DNA of 64,000 nt, from NCBI GenBank assembly GCA_018267475.1, contig JAFDYI010000031.1, positions 50,261-114,260 on the forward strand, read 5' to 3'. This stretch comes from Bacteroidota bacterium. GTDB lineage: Bacteria; Bacteroidota; Bacteroidia; B-17B0; Aurantibacillaceae. This document shows positions 10,333-20,479 of this stretch, one piece after another. Numbering within the stretch: position 1 is the first letter of the stretch; each line of letters starts with the position of its first letter. The notes below the pieces were generated by a model that was given only the letters and a program-made list of their open reading frames with translations, was not told where the DNA came from and did no database searches. The translations under genes were made by a program, and so were the position numbers.

Positions 10333-11394
10333 TCACTCCTCCAGCGCTTTATGATTGCTGTATTTACGCCACTTGTCTATCAGTTGTTGCATATCATCAG
10401 GCAAAGCACTTGTAAACCTCATGTTTTTTTTGCTAACAGGGTGCTCTACCTCCAAAAGGGCTGCGTGTAGGGCTTGTCTGGGGCAAAGCTCAAAACAGTT
10501 TTCTACAAACTTTTTGTACGAAGCGGTTTTCATTCCTTTTAGTATTTGGTTGCCACCGTAGTCGGCATCGTTAAAAATACGGTGCCCTATCGATTTTAAA
10601 TGTACCCGTATTTGATGGGTGCGTCCTGTTTCAAGAGTACACTCCACAAGGGTTACGTAGCCAAAACGCTCCAGCACTTTATAGTGGGTTACGGCGCGTT
10701 TACCCATGCTTTCGTCAGTAAATACGTCCATCAGCTTGCGGTTGCTTTGATTTCTACCCACGTGGGCGGTAATGGTGCCCTCATCGTTTAGCACATTGCC
10801 CCATACTAAGGTTAGGTATTTTCTTGTTAAATCGTGATGAAAAAATTTATTTCCTAAAAAGGTAAGGGCTGCTTCATTTTTTGCCACAATTAAAATGCCC
10901 GAAGTATTTTTATCAATACGGTGTACCAAACCCGGTCGGGGTGCGTATATATTGGTGCCTACCTTGCTGTGTGCGGCAGGCAGGTTTTCAAAATAATACA
11001 GCAAGGCGTTTACTAAGGTGCCATCATCGTGTCCAAAAGCGGGATGCACGACCATGCCGGCCGCTTTGTTTACTATAAGAATATCGGCATCTTCATACAC
11101 AATATCTAAGGGAATGTGCTGCGGTATCAGTTCAAAATTTTTGGGTGGATGTGGTAATACAATTGTAATCACATCAAAGGGCTTTACCTTGTAGTTTGAT
11201 TTTACAGCATGGTTGTTTACCCTTATGTTACCTGCATCGGCGGCTACTTGTATCTTGGTGCGCGAGGCATGAGCCAATTTATGCAGTAAAAACTTATCAA
11301 TGCGCAATAAGGCTTGCCCTTTATCTACCTCTATGCGATGATGCTCAAAAAGTTCGGGTTCTTCCTCAAAGCTGAGTTTGTTTTCTTCTTCCAT
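10333..11394 (-). CDS. rluD: RluA-family 23S rRNA pseudouridine synthase with S4 domain
   Basis: LRIDKFL (S4), VNKAAGMVVHPA, RPGLVHRIDKNTSG (catalytic Asp), LETGRTHQIRVH. Confidence 0.93.
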   Translation of the reverse strand: MEEENKLSFEEEPELFEHHRIEVDKGQALLRIDKFLLHKLAHASRTKIQVAADAGNIRVNNHAVKSNYKVKPFDVITIVLPHPPKNFELIPQHIPLDIVYEDADILIVNKAAGMVVHPAFGHDDGTLVNALLYYFENLPAAHSKVGTNIYAPRPGLVHRIDKNTSGILIVAKNEAALTFLGNKFFHHDLTRKYLTLVWGNVLNDEGTITAHVGRNQSNRKLMDVFTDESMGKRAVTHYKVLERFGYVTLVECTLETGRTHQIRVHLKSIGHRIFNDADYGGNQILKGMKTASYKKFVENCFELCPRQALHAALLEVEHPVSKKNMRFTSALPDDMQQLIDKWRKYSNHKALEE

Positions 11395-11395
11395 C

Positions 11396-13372
11396 TTAGC
11401 GACTAATCAGCAGTTTTTGAGTACTTACATAGCCTTTGTTTGACAATACTTTTACTATATAAGCCCCGTTGGCTATGTCGCTCACATCTATTTGTGCTGT
11501 TCCATTTTGCAAGCCGGGTTTTGTGTTTTGCAGCACCTCGTTGCCCAACATATCGTATATTTTTACTTCGGTTATTAAATCATTAAGTATAGAAACTTGC
11601 ACATTAGTAGCTGCCGGGTTAGGGACTAATTTTACCGAATTATTTTGTGCCGAATACTTTTGTATAGAGGCTGTAGCCGCCGAATCGCCAAAGACGGGAC
11701 GTATCATTAAAGAGCCGGTATAATCCGGGTATAAAGCAGCCGGAAACACATACCAGGCTCCCGATGTATAACGAAACATATTTTGATAAAAATTATTATT
11801 CTTATCAAAACCAACCGCTAAAGGGTTGTACGAGTTGGGCACTACGCCTATATAAAAGGTGGTACCGGCGGGCAATATCACCGGTTTTACAAACTGATAA
11901 CGCAAAAAATTATTTACCCGTAAGGGCACGCCCGGCAAGGTAGTATCTGCCGGAAAGTATGGATAACGTGTTAGCGTATCGGCATACATTGGGGTATTGT
12001 TGGGCACGCCTCCGTTATCGCCCCATACGTTGATATTAAAACTGGTGGTTTTTAAATACTTTACATCATAAATAGGGTCGAAAAAAATATCCATGGCACG
12101 TAAGGTATCCGCTACATTCAGCGTATATTTTACCGCCACATAATCATTACAAATACCAAAACCTGCCTCGGCGCTGCCATCATCATAGGCATAGTAATTG
12201 CCAAATATTTGATTAAATTTTATGGTATCGTTTACAAACAAAAAAGGAAGCTGAGAGGGTTGTTGTAAATAAAATTTAGTATAAAAAGTATCGGGTGCTG
12301 TTATAACAGGATAGGTAAAGCCACCTAAAGAGGGGGCTGCTACACTAGCATTATTGCAAAAACCATTAGTGCCAAAATAACCTAAGTTTACACTTCCATT
12401 ATAGGTACTATCTAGCCTTTGAGTGTGCCTGTAAATGGTGTAATAGGTAGATACATTTTGGTGGTTTACATCGTTGTAATTATTTCTTAATGCAACGCCT
12501 ATATTGGTTTTCATATCCGAAGTGCCGGCGTATTGCTTGTAGGGCATTTGGCTGTAATTTTTTAAAGGGCTTGTTAAATTATACGAGAAGGTAAAATCGC
12601 CAAAAATAGTATCGGTATAGCTGCGGTTGTGATTTAAATACACCACATCTAAATGCCAATGGTTTACATCTCCACAAGCGGCCGATAGGTTTCTAAACCT
12701 AAACTGAAAGTTTTTTTTGAAGTAGGAGGTGTCGGTTATGGGTATCATTACCAAATGCCAGGAGCTATCAGTAGGGGTGTAGCCCGAGTGCTGCCACATT
12801 AAATTCCATATAGAGTCGTTAGGGCTGTAAAACTCCAATATCAAGGCATCATTGGTGCGCGGAGGCTCGTAATAACCCATAGGTTGGTAATAAAAGCTAA
12901 GATAAATACTATCTGCCGGCGATAATTGCTGAAACGAAGCCGGAATAGAATCTAAGCGAATAAGAACCGAAGCCAAGGTATCTGAAGGGACGCTGCCCAA
13001 GGTGTTAAAATAATTTCCACAGGCAATGGTTTGGTTATCGCTGTATGGGTAGCCGTATTTATCTAAACCATCAAAAGTAGCTACGCCCAAGGTAGGGGGC
13101 GCCACCGCCTTAGTGCGGTTTATATACACTGATTGTGAGTTTTGCCATTTGCTAACATCGGGGTATGGCCCCTGGTAGGAGAACTCCTCATAAAAAGGAA
13201 GAATAAAACCCGAAGGAGTGCTTTGCACGCGGTCTTGTGGTAATGGCTCTTTTGTTTTTATTTGCTTTCTATAATCAATAATTTGCTGGTTGCGGTGCAT
13301 GGGCATAAGTTGGGCCTGCATATATGCGGAAGCAAAAACAAGAAAACAGAAAAGATTTATTTTATTTTTCAT
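11396..13372 (-). CDS. T9SS type A sorting-domain (CTD) protein, function unknown
   Basis: Signal peptide; C-terminal 'LVPNPAATNV...IYDMLGNEV...DVSDIANGAYIVKV...TQKLLISR'; no recognisable catalytic domain. Confidence 0.85.
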   Translation of the reverse strand: MKNKINLFCFLVFASAYMQAQLMPMHRNQQIIDYRKQIKTKEPLPQDRVQSTPSGFILPFYEEFSYQGPYPDVSKWQNSQSVYINRTKAVAPPTLGVATFDGLDKYGYPYSDNQTIACGNYFNTLGSVPSDTLASVLIRLDSIPASFQQLSPADSIYLSFYYQPMGYYEPPRTNDALILEFYSPNDSIWNLMWQHSGYTPTDSSWHLVMIPITDTSYFKKNFQFRFRNLSAACGDVNHWHLDVVYLNHNRSYTDTIFGDFTFSYNLTSPLKNYSQMPYKQYAGTSDMKTNIGVALRNNYNDVNHQNVSTYYTIYRHTQRLDSTYNGSVNLGYFGTNGFCNNASVAAPSLGGFTYPVITAPDTFYTKFYLQQPSQLPFLFVNDTIKFNQIFGNYYAYDDGSAEAGFGICNDYVAVKYTLNVADTLRAMDIFFDPIYDVKYLKTTSFNINVWGDNGGVPNNTPMYADTLTRYPYFPADTTLPGVPLRVNNFLRYQFVKPVILPAGTTFYIGVVPNSYNPLAVGFDKNNNFYQNMFRYTSGAWYVFPAALYPDYTGSLMIRPVFGDSAATASIQKYSAQNNSVKLVPNPAATNVQVSILNDLITEVKIYDMLGNEVLQNTKPGLQNGTAQIDVSDIANGAYIVKVLSNKGYVSTQKLLISR

Positions 13373-13411
13373 TTAACAACGGTTTATTGCCACAACGTAA
13401 AGGTACGGTTT

Positions 13412-14029
13412 TTATTGTATTAGTTCTTCATCGCCGGTAGCGGTTGTTTTTTCAGCGTTTTCGGCAGAAGTAGCCGAAGGAGCTGCCTCGTTGCCTTTTC
13501 CTATCTGCAACTCTATGACAGAGCCTTTTTTTAACGGGGTGCCGGGCTCAATGGCTTTGCCTTTGTATAGTTGTTTTACTACGCAGTTTTTGCAATCGTC
13601 GGATACGTAGCTTAATTTTGTTTTTAGCCCATAACTTTCGGCCATAGCCAAAGCTTGCCGCATGGATTTATCCACCAACTTAGGCATGCTTATTTGTGGG
13701 GGCAACACCGAGGTAATGTATAAATAAACGGTTCGGTTTTCTTTTACTTCGCTGCCTTTTTCGGGGTCTTGCTTTAGCACCATGCCCGGTTTTTCTTGCG
13801 GGTTGTATATAGAGTCTATAATTTGATAGTGTACTTTTTTGTCTTTTACAAAATGATCCAAATCGCCTATGGGTAGGTTGCTAAAATCGGGTACGGCTAC
13901 CGTTTGGTTGTGCTGGGTGTAAGAGGCCGCCCAGGTAAAGCCCAGCCATATCAGCAAAAAAGCACTAAGCAGGGCTAGGCCTGTATGAATAAAAAAAGTT
14001 TTTGTTTTTAAGAAAGATAAAAAGTTCAT
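13412..14029 (-). CDS. PASTA domain membrane protein
   Basis: N-terminal TM; 'VAVPDFSNL...PGMVLKQDPEKGSEVKENRTVYLYI' and 'MPKLVDKS...VVKQ...PGTPLKKGSVIELQI'. Confidence 0.88.
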   Translation of the reverse strand: MNFLSFLKTKTFFIHTGLALLSAFLLIWLGFTWAASYTQHNQTVAVPDFSNLPIGDLDHFVKDKKVHYQIIDSIYNPQEKPGMVLKQDPEKGSEVKENRTVYLYITSVLPPQISMPKLVDKSMRQALAMAESYGLKTKLSYVSDDCKNCVVKQLYKGKAIEPGTPLKKGSVIELQIGKGNEAAPSATSAENAEKTTATGDEELIQ

Positions 14030-14047
14030 ATTGCGTAAAGAAAAAAA

Positions 14048-15061
14048 TTAGGAGAGCATCTCTTTTAGTTTTTGTATTTGATGAGGCGTGCCCAGCACAA
14101 ATATCTTGGCCGAAGGAATAATTTTGGTATCGGCATCGGGGTTTATAATATACTCGCCGGTAGCGGTTTTAAAACCAATAATGTTTGCCCCCGATTTGTT
14201 ACGTATTTCAAGGTCTTTTAGGGTTTTGTGTTTTAAGTGTTCGGGTATGTTTTCAAAGGTTATCTCTTCCATGTTTTCCGAGTTTCCTTCTTGCCTTACT
14301 ATATAATCCAAAAACTCTACCACATCGGGTTTCATTACCAAAGAGGCCATGTGGGCGCCTCCTACCTTATCGGGCATTATTACGTTGTTGGCTCCGGCTA
14401 TTTTTAGTTTGGTATCGGAGTTGTCTTCGCTGGCGCGACTAATAATAGTGAGGTTGGGGTTTAGGTTTCGGGCTGTTAGCACAATAAAAAGATTGTCGGC
14501 ATCGGTAGGCAAAGTAGTTATGAGGGCGCGGGCGCGCAAAATACCGGCTTTTAGCAGTACTTCATCTTGGGTAGCATCATCGCTTATTACCAAATCGCTG
14601 TATTGATGTTGCATGGCTCCGGTAAGCTGCATGCTTTTTTCTATTACTACAAAACGCTGATTGTGTTTTTTTAAAATTTGAGCTGCCTGCCGCCCGTTAC
14701 GGCCATAACCGCATAAAATAACGTGATTGTCTAATTTTTGAATAGAGGCGTTCAACTTTCTGTTTTTAAATATCTGATTAAACTCTCCGTCAAACACAAA
14801 GCGTGTAACAGCGCTAACCGAGTAGGCAAAGATACCAAAACTTATCATTACCAACACCGCTGTAAAAATTTTTCCTTGCATATCTAAGGGGTGCACCTCT
14901 TCAAAACCTACGGTAGCAATGGTGATGATGGTCATATAAAAAGCATCTACCCAATTGTATTGGCATATTAGCTCGTAGCCTATGGTACCTACAATGGTGA
15001 TACCAATAAGTAAATACAAAGGCAGCAACACGGTTCGGTATCGTCTTAGGCGTTTAAACAT
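14048..15061 (-). CDS. Potassium channel protein (2-TM pore + RCK/TrkA-N, TrkA-C)
   Basis: DAFYMTIITIATVGFEEV pore motif; HVILCGYGRNG; GANNVIMP; likely start ATG 15061 (ORF track extends to 15103). Confidence 0.9.
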   Translation of the reverse strand: MFKRLRRYRTVLLPLYLLIGITIVGTIGYELICQYNWVDAFYMTIITIATVGFEEVHPLDMQGKIFTAVLVMISFGIFAYSVSAVTRFVFDGEFNQIFKNRKLNASIQKLDNHVILCGYGRNGRQAAQILKKHNQRFVVIEKSMQLTGAMQHQYSDLVISDDATQDEVLLKAGILRARALITTLPTDADNLFIVLTARNLNPNLTIISRASEDNSDTKLKIAGANNVIMPDKVGGAHMASLVMKPDVVEFLDYIVRQEGNSENMEEITFENIPEHLKHKTLKDLEIRNKSGANIIGFKTATGEYIINPDADTKIIPSAKIFVLGTPHQIQKLKEMLS

Positions 15062-15190
15062 GAGGCAAGTATAAGAAAAAAGCAGGCATAAAATACTTTT
15101 CAATGAGTTTTAAACATCTTGAAAAATAGAAAAGAATGCCTATCTTAGCGCCCGGTTTTCACTAAAAAATAATTAAAATAAAATAGAGTT

Positions 15191-16075
15191 ATGAGCGTTT
15201 TGGTAAATAAAAATTCTAAAGTAATTGTACAAGGTTTTACAGGTGGCGAAGGTACTTTCCACGCCCAACAAATGATTGAATACGGAACCAACGTAGTAGG
15301 AGGCGTTACCCCCGGCAAAGGAGGCACCACCCACTTAGACCGCCCCGTGTTTAACACCGTAGCCGATGCCGTTGCTAAAGCAGGCGCCGATGTATCTATC
15401 ATTTTTGTTCCGGCTGCTTTTGCTGCCGATGCCATTATGGAAGCTGCCGAAGCCGGTATAAAAGTAATTGTATGTATTACCGAAGGCATTCCGGTAAAAG
15501 ATATGATAGCTGTAAAAGAATATATAAAAGGCAAAACATGCCGTCTTATCGGGCCTAACTGCCCGGGCGTTATTACCGCAGGCGAAGCCAAAGTAGGCAT
15601 TATGCCGGGTTTTGTATTTAAAAAAGGAAAAGTAGGTATTATATCTAAATCGGGTACGCTTACCTACGAAGCCGCCGACCAAATTGCTAAAGCCGGATTG
15701 GGAGTAACTACCGCTATTGGTATTGGGGGCGACCCTATTATAGGCACTCCTACCAAAGATGCGGTAGAACTGCTTATGAACGACCCGGAAACAGAAGCTA
15801 TTGTAATGATTGGAGAAATAGGCGGAAGCTACGAAGCCGAAGCCGCCCGCTGGATAAAAGCCAACGGAAATAAAAAACCGGTAGTAGGCTTTATTGCCGG
15901 ACAAACAGCCCCAAAAGGCCGCACCATGGGCCACGCCGGTGCTATTGTAGGTGGTGCCGAAGATACAGCGCAAGCCAAAATGGCTATTATGCGCGAGTGC
16001 GGCATACACGTAGTAGATAGCCCTGCCTCTATAGGCAAAACCATGGCCGCCGTACTAAAAGGCGAAAAAGTATAG
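15191..16075 (+). CDS. sucD: Succinate--CoA ligase alpha subunit
   Basis: [56 protein letters not shown] (phospho-His). Confidence 0.97.
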   Translation: MSVLVNKNSKVIVQGFTGGEGTFHAQQMIEYGTNVVGGVTPGKGGTTHLDRPVFNTVADAVAKAGADVSIIFVPAAFAADAIMEAAEAGIKVIVCITEGIPVKDMIAVKEYIKGKTCRLIGPNCPGVITAGEAKVGIMPGFVFKKGKVGIISKSGTLTYEAADQIAKAGLGVTTAIGIGGDPIIGTPTKDAVELLMNDPETEAIVMIGEIGGSYEAEAARWIKANGNKKPVVGFIAGQTAPKGRTMGHAGAIVGGAEDTAQAKMAIMRECGIHVVDSPASIGKTMAAVLKGEKV

Positions 16076-16139
16076 CTTTAACTAGCTCTAAGCTAATCTC
16101 TTAAAAAAAAGGAAACACCTGCGTTGCACAATAACGTGC

Positions 16140-17232
16140 TTAGCTTTTATCGCCATACTCCATCAAGTAAGACTTAATAAAGTCGTCTAAATCGCCGTTC
16201 ATAACCCCTTGTACATCGCTGGTTTCATAATCGGTGCGTAAATCTTTTACCAGTTTATAGGGGTGAAATACGTAGTTACGTATTTGGCTGCCCCACTCTA
16301 TTTTTTTCTTACCTGCTTCTACGGCTTGTTTAGCCTCATTGCGTTTGCGCATCTCTATTTCATACAACTGCGACTTTAGCATGTTCATAGCCCGCTCTCT
16401 ATTGCCTAGTTGAGAGCGTTCTATCTGGCACATAACCTGTATGCCGGTAGGAAGGTGTTTTATGATTACTTTTGTTTCTACTTTATTTACGTTTTGTCCG
16501 CCGGCACCGCCACTGCGTGCGGTGGTAATTTCAATATCGGCAGGCGGAATGTTTATTTCAATCGTGTCATCTACTATAGGATATACATACACCGATGCAA
16601 ATGAGGTATGGCGTTTGGCGTTGGCATCAAAAGGAGATATGCGCACCAAGCGATGTACTCCGTTTTCACCTTTTAAGTAACCGTAAGCATAATTGCCTTC
16701 TATTTGTAAAGACACCGACTTTATTCCGGCGGCATCGCCGTCTTGATGGTCGTTTTCCGTAATTTTAAAGTTGTTTTTTTCTGCCCACATCATGTACATA
16801 CGCATCAGCATACTGGCCCAATCGCAACTTTCGGTACCCCCTGCTCCGGCGTTAATCTCTATCACGCAGTTAAATACATCTTCTTTGCCACTAAGCATGT
16901 TTTTAAACTCCAGATGTTCTAGCTTTTTTAAAGCAAGGGCGTATTGTTGCTCGGTTTCCTCGGCAGAGGCTTCGCCTTCTTTGTAAAACTCGTATAAGGT
17001 TTGCAGGTCATCTACCAAACCTTGCAACTTGGCATAGGTATTCGTCCATTCTTTTTTTAGGTTGATGTTGCGTACTATTTGTTCGGCTTGCTTGGGGTCG
17101 TCCCAAAAATTAGGAGCTAAGGTTTTTTCTTCTTCTAAAAGTATTTCGTGTAGCTTTTTATCTACGTCAAAGATGCCCCCTCAACGCCTGTGTGCGCTCC
17201 AGCAATTCTTTTAACTGGTCTGATGTAAACAT
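16140..17232 (-). CDS. prfB: Peptide chain release factor 2, +1 programmed ribosomal frameshift
   Basis: ORF1 17232..17167 [21 protein letters not shown]; slippery CTT TGA C at 17172..17166; +1 frame continues (D)VDKKLHE...FWDDP; GGQ motif ([14 protein letters not shown]), SPF motif, WGSQIRNY. Confidence 0.96.
17166..17181 (-). promoter_or_regulatory. prfB frameshift cassette (SD-like AGGGGG + CTTTGAC)
   Basis: Minus strand reads AGGGGG-CAT-CTT-TGA-C, the canonical RF2 autoregulatory arrangement. Confidence 0.93.
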
Positions 17233-17247
17233 ATTTACTTTTTATAG

Positions 17248-17321
17248 TAGCGCGGGGGAGATTTGAACTCCCGACCTCAGGGTTATGAATCCTGCGCTCT
17301 CACCAACTGAGCTACCGCGCC
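17248..17321 (-). tRNA. tRNA-Met (CAT), elongator type; CCA not encoded
   Basis: GGCGCGG acceptor, TAGCTCAGTTGGTGAGAGC D arm, CAGGA-TTCATAA-CCCTG anticodon arm, GTTCAAATC T loop. Lacks initiator C1xA72 and GGG/CCC features; Ile2 (lysidine) identity cannot be fully excluded. Confidence 0.9.
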
Positions 17322-17336
17322 ATTAAATTGAGGGCG

Positions 17337-17344
17337 CAAATATA
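17337..17344 (-). promoter_or_regulatory. Bacteroidota sigmaA -7 box (TATATTTG) for tRNA-Met-prfB
   Basis: TAnnTTTG 15 nt upstream of the tRNA 5' end. Confidence 0.65.
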
Positions 17345-17400
17345 CTATTTTTTATATATCAACAAATATCAAGCAAAAATTATACTTTCACAGCATCATT

Positions 17401-17961
17401 ATGTTTGAGGCTTTAAAAAAAATAGATGAACAATTGCTTTTGTGGGGAAACAGCCTGCACAGTCCTTATTTAGACGGCTTTATGTATTACCTTACTGAGT
17501 TTTGGCTGTGGATACCCTTGTTTGTTTGGTGGTTGTGGGAATTGTATAAAACACATCAAAAAAAAACAGGACTTCTGCTTCTTTTTATGGGAGGCTTGCT
17601 CCTTGCCTCCGACCGGCTTTCGGTGCTTATAAAAAACAACGTAAGACGATACCGCCCCACACATAATTTACTGCTACAAAAACAAGTACACACCGTACAC
17701 GAATATGTAGGGGGTATGTACGGCTACGTTTCCTCTCATGCGGCTAATGTGTTTGCTATAGCATTCTTTATTTTTTTAGTTATGCGCTCAACAAACAAAA
17801 CCGGTATGAAGATATCGCTTTTTGTATGGGCTTTTTTTATCTGTTATACCCGCATCTATCTGGGGGTGCATTACCCTTTCGACTTGTTGAGCGGGGCAGC
17901 ACTGGGCAGCCTCTTAGCTTTTTTATTTTATAAAACTTTTAAGTATTACGCGCATGAATAA
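17401..17961 (+). CDS. PAP2-family phosphatase (undecaprenyl-PP phosphatase-like)
   Basis: K-x6-RP (KNNVRRYRP), 'YVSSHAAN', 'YTRIYLGVHYPFD'. Confidence 0.9.
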   Translation: MFEALKKIDEQLLLWGNSLHSPYLDGFMYYLTEFWLWIPLFVWWLWELYKTHQKKTGLLLLFMGGLLLASDRLSVLIKNNVRRYRPTHNLLLQKQVHTVHEYVGGMYGYVSSHAANVFAIAFFIFLVMRSTNKTGMKISLFVWAFFICYTRIYLGVHYPFDLLSGAALGSLLAFLFYKTFKYYAHE

Positions 17962-18358
17962 CTACTTTATATCCGAAGATAAAAGCAAACTGCAAATACC
18001 TTTTGTACACCAATTTCTTTCTGAAAAAAGCTATTGGGCTAAAGGGCGGTCGCTACAGAACGTACGTACTTGTATTGAAAACTCTCTTTGCTTTGGTTTG
18101 TACAGCGAAAAAGAACAGGTAGGCTTTGCCCGTGTAGTAAGCGATTTTGTTACCGTAGGGTATGTGCTGGACGTGTTTATTGCCGAAAACCATAGAGGAA
18201 AAGGCTTATCCAAAAAACTAATGCAGCATGTTGTTGAGCACCCTTTATTACAATCCGTAAACTTACTACTGCGAACCACCGATGCCCAAACACTGTATCA
18301 GCAATTTGGTTTTACCCCGGTAAAAAACCCCAACCAACTCATGCAGCGTACCGCCTGA
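17954..18358 (+). CDS. GNAT family N-acetyltransferase
   Basis: SYWAKGRS, QVGFARVVSD, DVFIAENHRGKGLSKKLM, AQTLYQQFGF. Confidence 0.9.
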   Translation: MNNYFISEDKSKLQIPFVHQFLSEKSYWAKGRSLQNVRTCIENSLCFGLYSEKEQVGFARVVSDFVTVGYVLDVFIAENHRGKGLSKKLMQHVVEHPLLQSVNLLLRTTDAQTLYQQFGFTPVKNPNQLMQRTA

Positions 18359-19890
18359 TGCTTGTTGTCTTTTACATACTTGTTTTTGGCACGCTTATTT
18401 ATTTTTTGCCTTTTTTTAAAGATAGGCGCATGAAGCGTTGGCACTTTGTTAGCGCTTTTTTATTAAAAATTGCGGCCGGATTTTTTCTTACGTGGGTTTA
18501 CACCAATTACTACCCCGACAGGCAAACAGCCGATGTTTTTAAGTACTATGATGACAGTAAAATCATGTACACCTCTGTACAAAAAAAACAATACACCGAT
18601 TACGCCAAGATGCTGCTTGGAGTGGCTAATAATACGCCCTATTTTGATAGCACCTATTACAATAAAATGAACCATTGGTATCGGCACTACGATTTTGGCT
18701 CCTACAACGATAACCACACCATCATTAGGTTCAACGCATTGGTCATGTTGTTTTCATTTCAAAATTTTTACGTGCATACTGTTTTTATGTGCTTCCTCTG
18801 CTTTTTAGGATTAACGGCACTTTTCAAAACGTTTGCTCCTTATTTTATTCATAAAGAAGTCCTCCTTTTTCTTACTTTATTTTTTGTGCCATCGGTTGTT
18901 TTTTGGAGTTCGGGAGTGCTTAAAGAGGGTATTTTATTTTTTTCTTTAGGCTTTTTGTTTTATGCCTGCTTTCATCTCTTTTTTACTAAAGGAAACCGAT
19001 GGTTGCACCTCTTTACACTAGTGCTGTCTTCATGGCTTTTGCTTATAAATAAAAACTACTTACTCTTATCGGCAGCCCCTGCCCTACTCTGCTTCTTTCT
19101 TACCACTAAATTTCACTTAAAAAAAACCATGCTTTTTTATGGTCTTTTTTATACCCTTTCTTTTTTGTTTATATTTTTCTTATCAACCATTATATCAGAA
19201 AAAAACATATTAGAAAACTTTTCTATTAAACAGCGTGATTTTATTAACGTAGCTAAGGGAGGGGTGTTTATCCAAAACAATCAATACTTTGCACGGATAG
19301 ATCCGGATAAGAAGTTTTTTTTAGACACCCTTGCTAAAAACCAATTTAAAATAAAAGCAGGAAGCCGTTACATGTATTGGAAAAACGAAAACCTAAACGA
19401 TACCCTATACACCACCTATAGCAAGGATACAGCAAGCTACCACCTGGTTTGGGATTTACCCGTTGCGCAAAGCACCGTTTCTATCGGGCGCATAAAACCC
19501 ACTTTTTTTTCGCTGTTGCAAAACGCTCCACAAGCCCTGTACAACAGCCTGTGCAAACCCAGTTTAGCATCGGCAAAAACTTTTTTAGAAAAAATATCGG
19601 CCATGGAAAATGCGCTGGTACTCCTTTTTTTAATGTTATGCGTGTGCTGCAAAAAAGAAACTTACAACAAAAACGTAATGGCTCTTTGTTTTTTTATGGC
19701 ATTCATTATTTTATTACTTATAGGCTACACCACACCCGTAGCCGGTGCTATAAACCGATACAAGATACCCATATTACCCTTTTTACTAATGTGTGGCCTA
19801 ACTGTTTTAGATGAAAATAAATTAAAAGCCCGTTTATATTTACTTATGAACAAGAAAAAAAATCATATAGCATTCAAAAAAACAGAATAA
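18358..19890 (+). CDS. Polytopic membrane protein, GT-C / Wzy-like
   Basis: About 11 hydrophobic segments; acidic first loop 'ADVFKYYDD'; 'PSVVFWSSGVLKE'; large soluble insert; 'NRYKIPILPF'. Confidence 0.6.
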   Translation: MLVVFYILVFGTLIYFLPFFKDRRMKRWHFVSAFLLKIAAGFFLTWVYTNYYPDRQTADVFKYYDDSKIMYTSVQKKQYTDYAKMLLGVANNTPYFDSTYYNKMNHWYRHYDFGSYNDNHTIIRFNALVMLFSFQNFYVHTVFMCFLCFLGLTALFKTFAPYFIHKEVLLFLTLFFVPSVVFWSSGVLKEGILFFSLGFLFYACFHLFFTKGNRWLHLFTLVLSSWLLLINKNYLLLSAAPALLCFFLTTKFHLKKTMLFYGLFYTLSFLFIFFLSTIISEKNILENFSIKQRDFINVAKGGVFIQNNQYFARIDPDKKFFLDTLAKNQFKIKAGSRYMYWKNENLNDTLYTTYSKDTASYHLVWDLPVAQSTVSIGRIKPTFFSLLQNAPQALYNSLCKPSLASAKTFLEKISAMENALVLLFLMLCVCCKKETYNKNVMALCFFMAFIILLLIGYTTPVAGAINRYKIPILPFLLMCGLTVLDENKLKARLYLLMNKKKNHIAFKKTE

Positions 19891-19943
19891 AACGTTTTTT
19901 TACATTTATAGCATAAAAACGAACATCAAAAAAGCAAAAAAAA

Positions 19944-20393
19944 ATGACAAACGGATTTAAAATTATTGGAATTTCTATTCGCACCACCAACAAGAATAAT
20001 CAAGCAGAGCAAGACTTAGGAAACCTTTGGAAGCAGTTCTTTTCGGAGAACATAATGGCAAAAATACCAAACAAATTCTCTAATCACATCGTCGCTATTT
20101 ATACTGATTACAAAAGTAATTTCACAGAAGATTATACCGCTATAATAGGCATTCCGGTTTCAACTCTTAACGAAATTCCAAAGGGTTTAATTGGCCGTGA
20201 ATTTCCATCTGAAAACTTTAAAAAACATATTGCAAAGGGACTTATGCCAAATGCAGTTGCAAATACTTGGCGTAGCCTTTGGCAGCGAGATGCAGAGCTA
20301 AACAGAAAATACAGCTATGATTTTGAATTGTATGGAGAAAAGTCACAAAATGGAGAAAACTCTGAAGTAGAAATTTATATAGCAACAAAGTAA
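19944..20393 (+). CDS. GyrI-like / AraC effector-binding domain protein
   Basis: IIGISIRTTN, LWKQF, AIYTDYKS, VANTWRSLW, RKYSYDFELY. Confidence 0.85.
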   Translation: MTNGFKIIGISIRTTNKNNQAEQDLGNLWKQFFSENIMAKIPNKFSNHIVAIYTDYKSNFTEDYTAIIGIPVSTLNEIPKGLIGREFPSENFKKHIAKGLMPNAVANTWRSLWQRDAELNRKYSYDFELYGEKSQNGENSEVEIYIATK

Positions 20394-20471
20394 AAAAAAT
20401 AAGAAGCAATGAAAAAATAAAAACAGGTTGTTTTTTATTAAACCATACTGATTTTTTGTTGCAAATAATTT

Positions 20472-20479
20472 TACTTTTG
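20472..20479 (+). promoter_or_regulatory. Bacteroidota sigmaA -7 box (TACTTTTG) for asnS
   Basis: TAnnTTTG 16 nt upstream of ATG 20496. Confidence 0.6.

Noticed and set aside
15145-16044. Long minus-strand ORFs (151, 224 and 71 aa) over sucD
   Set aside because: Antisense shadows of a highly conserved gene, with no recognisable motifs. The same applies to the many short opposite-strand or off-frame ORFs inside other housekeeping genes.
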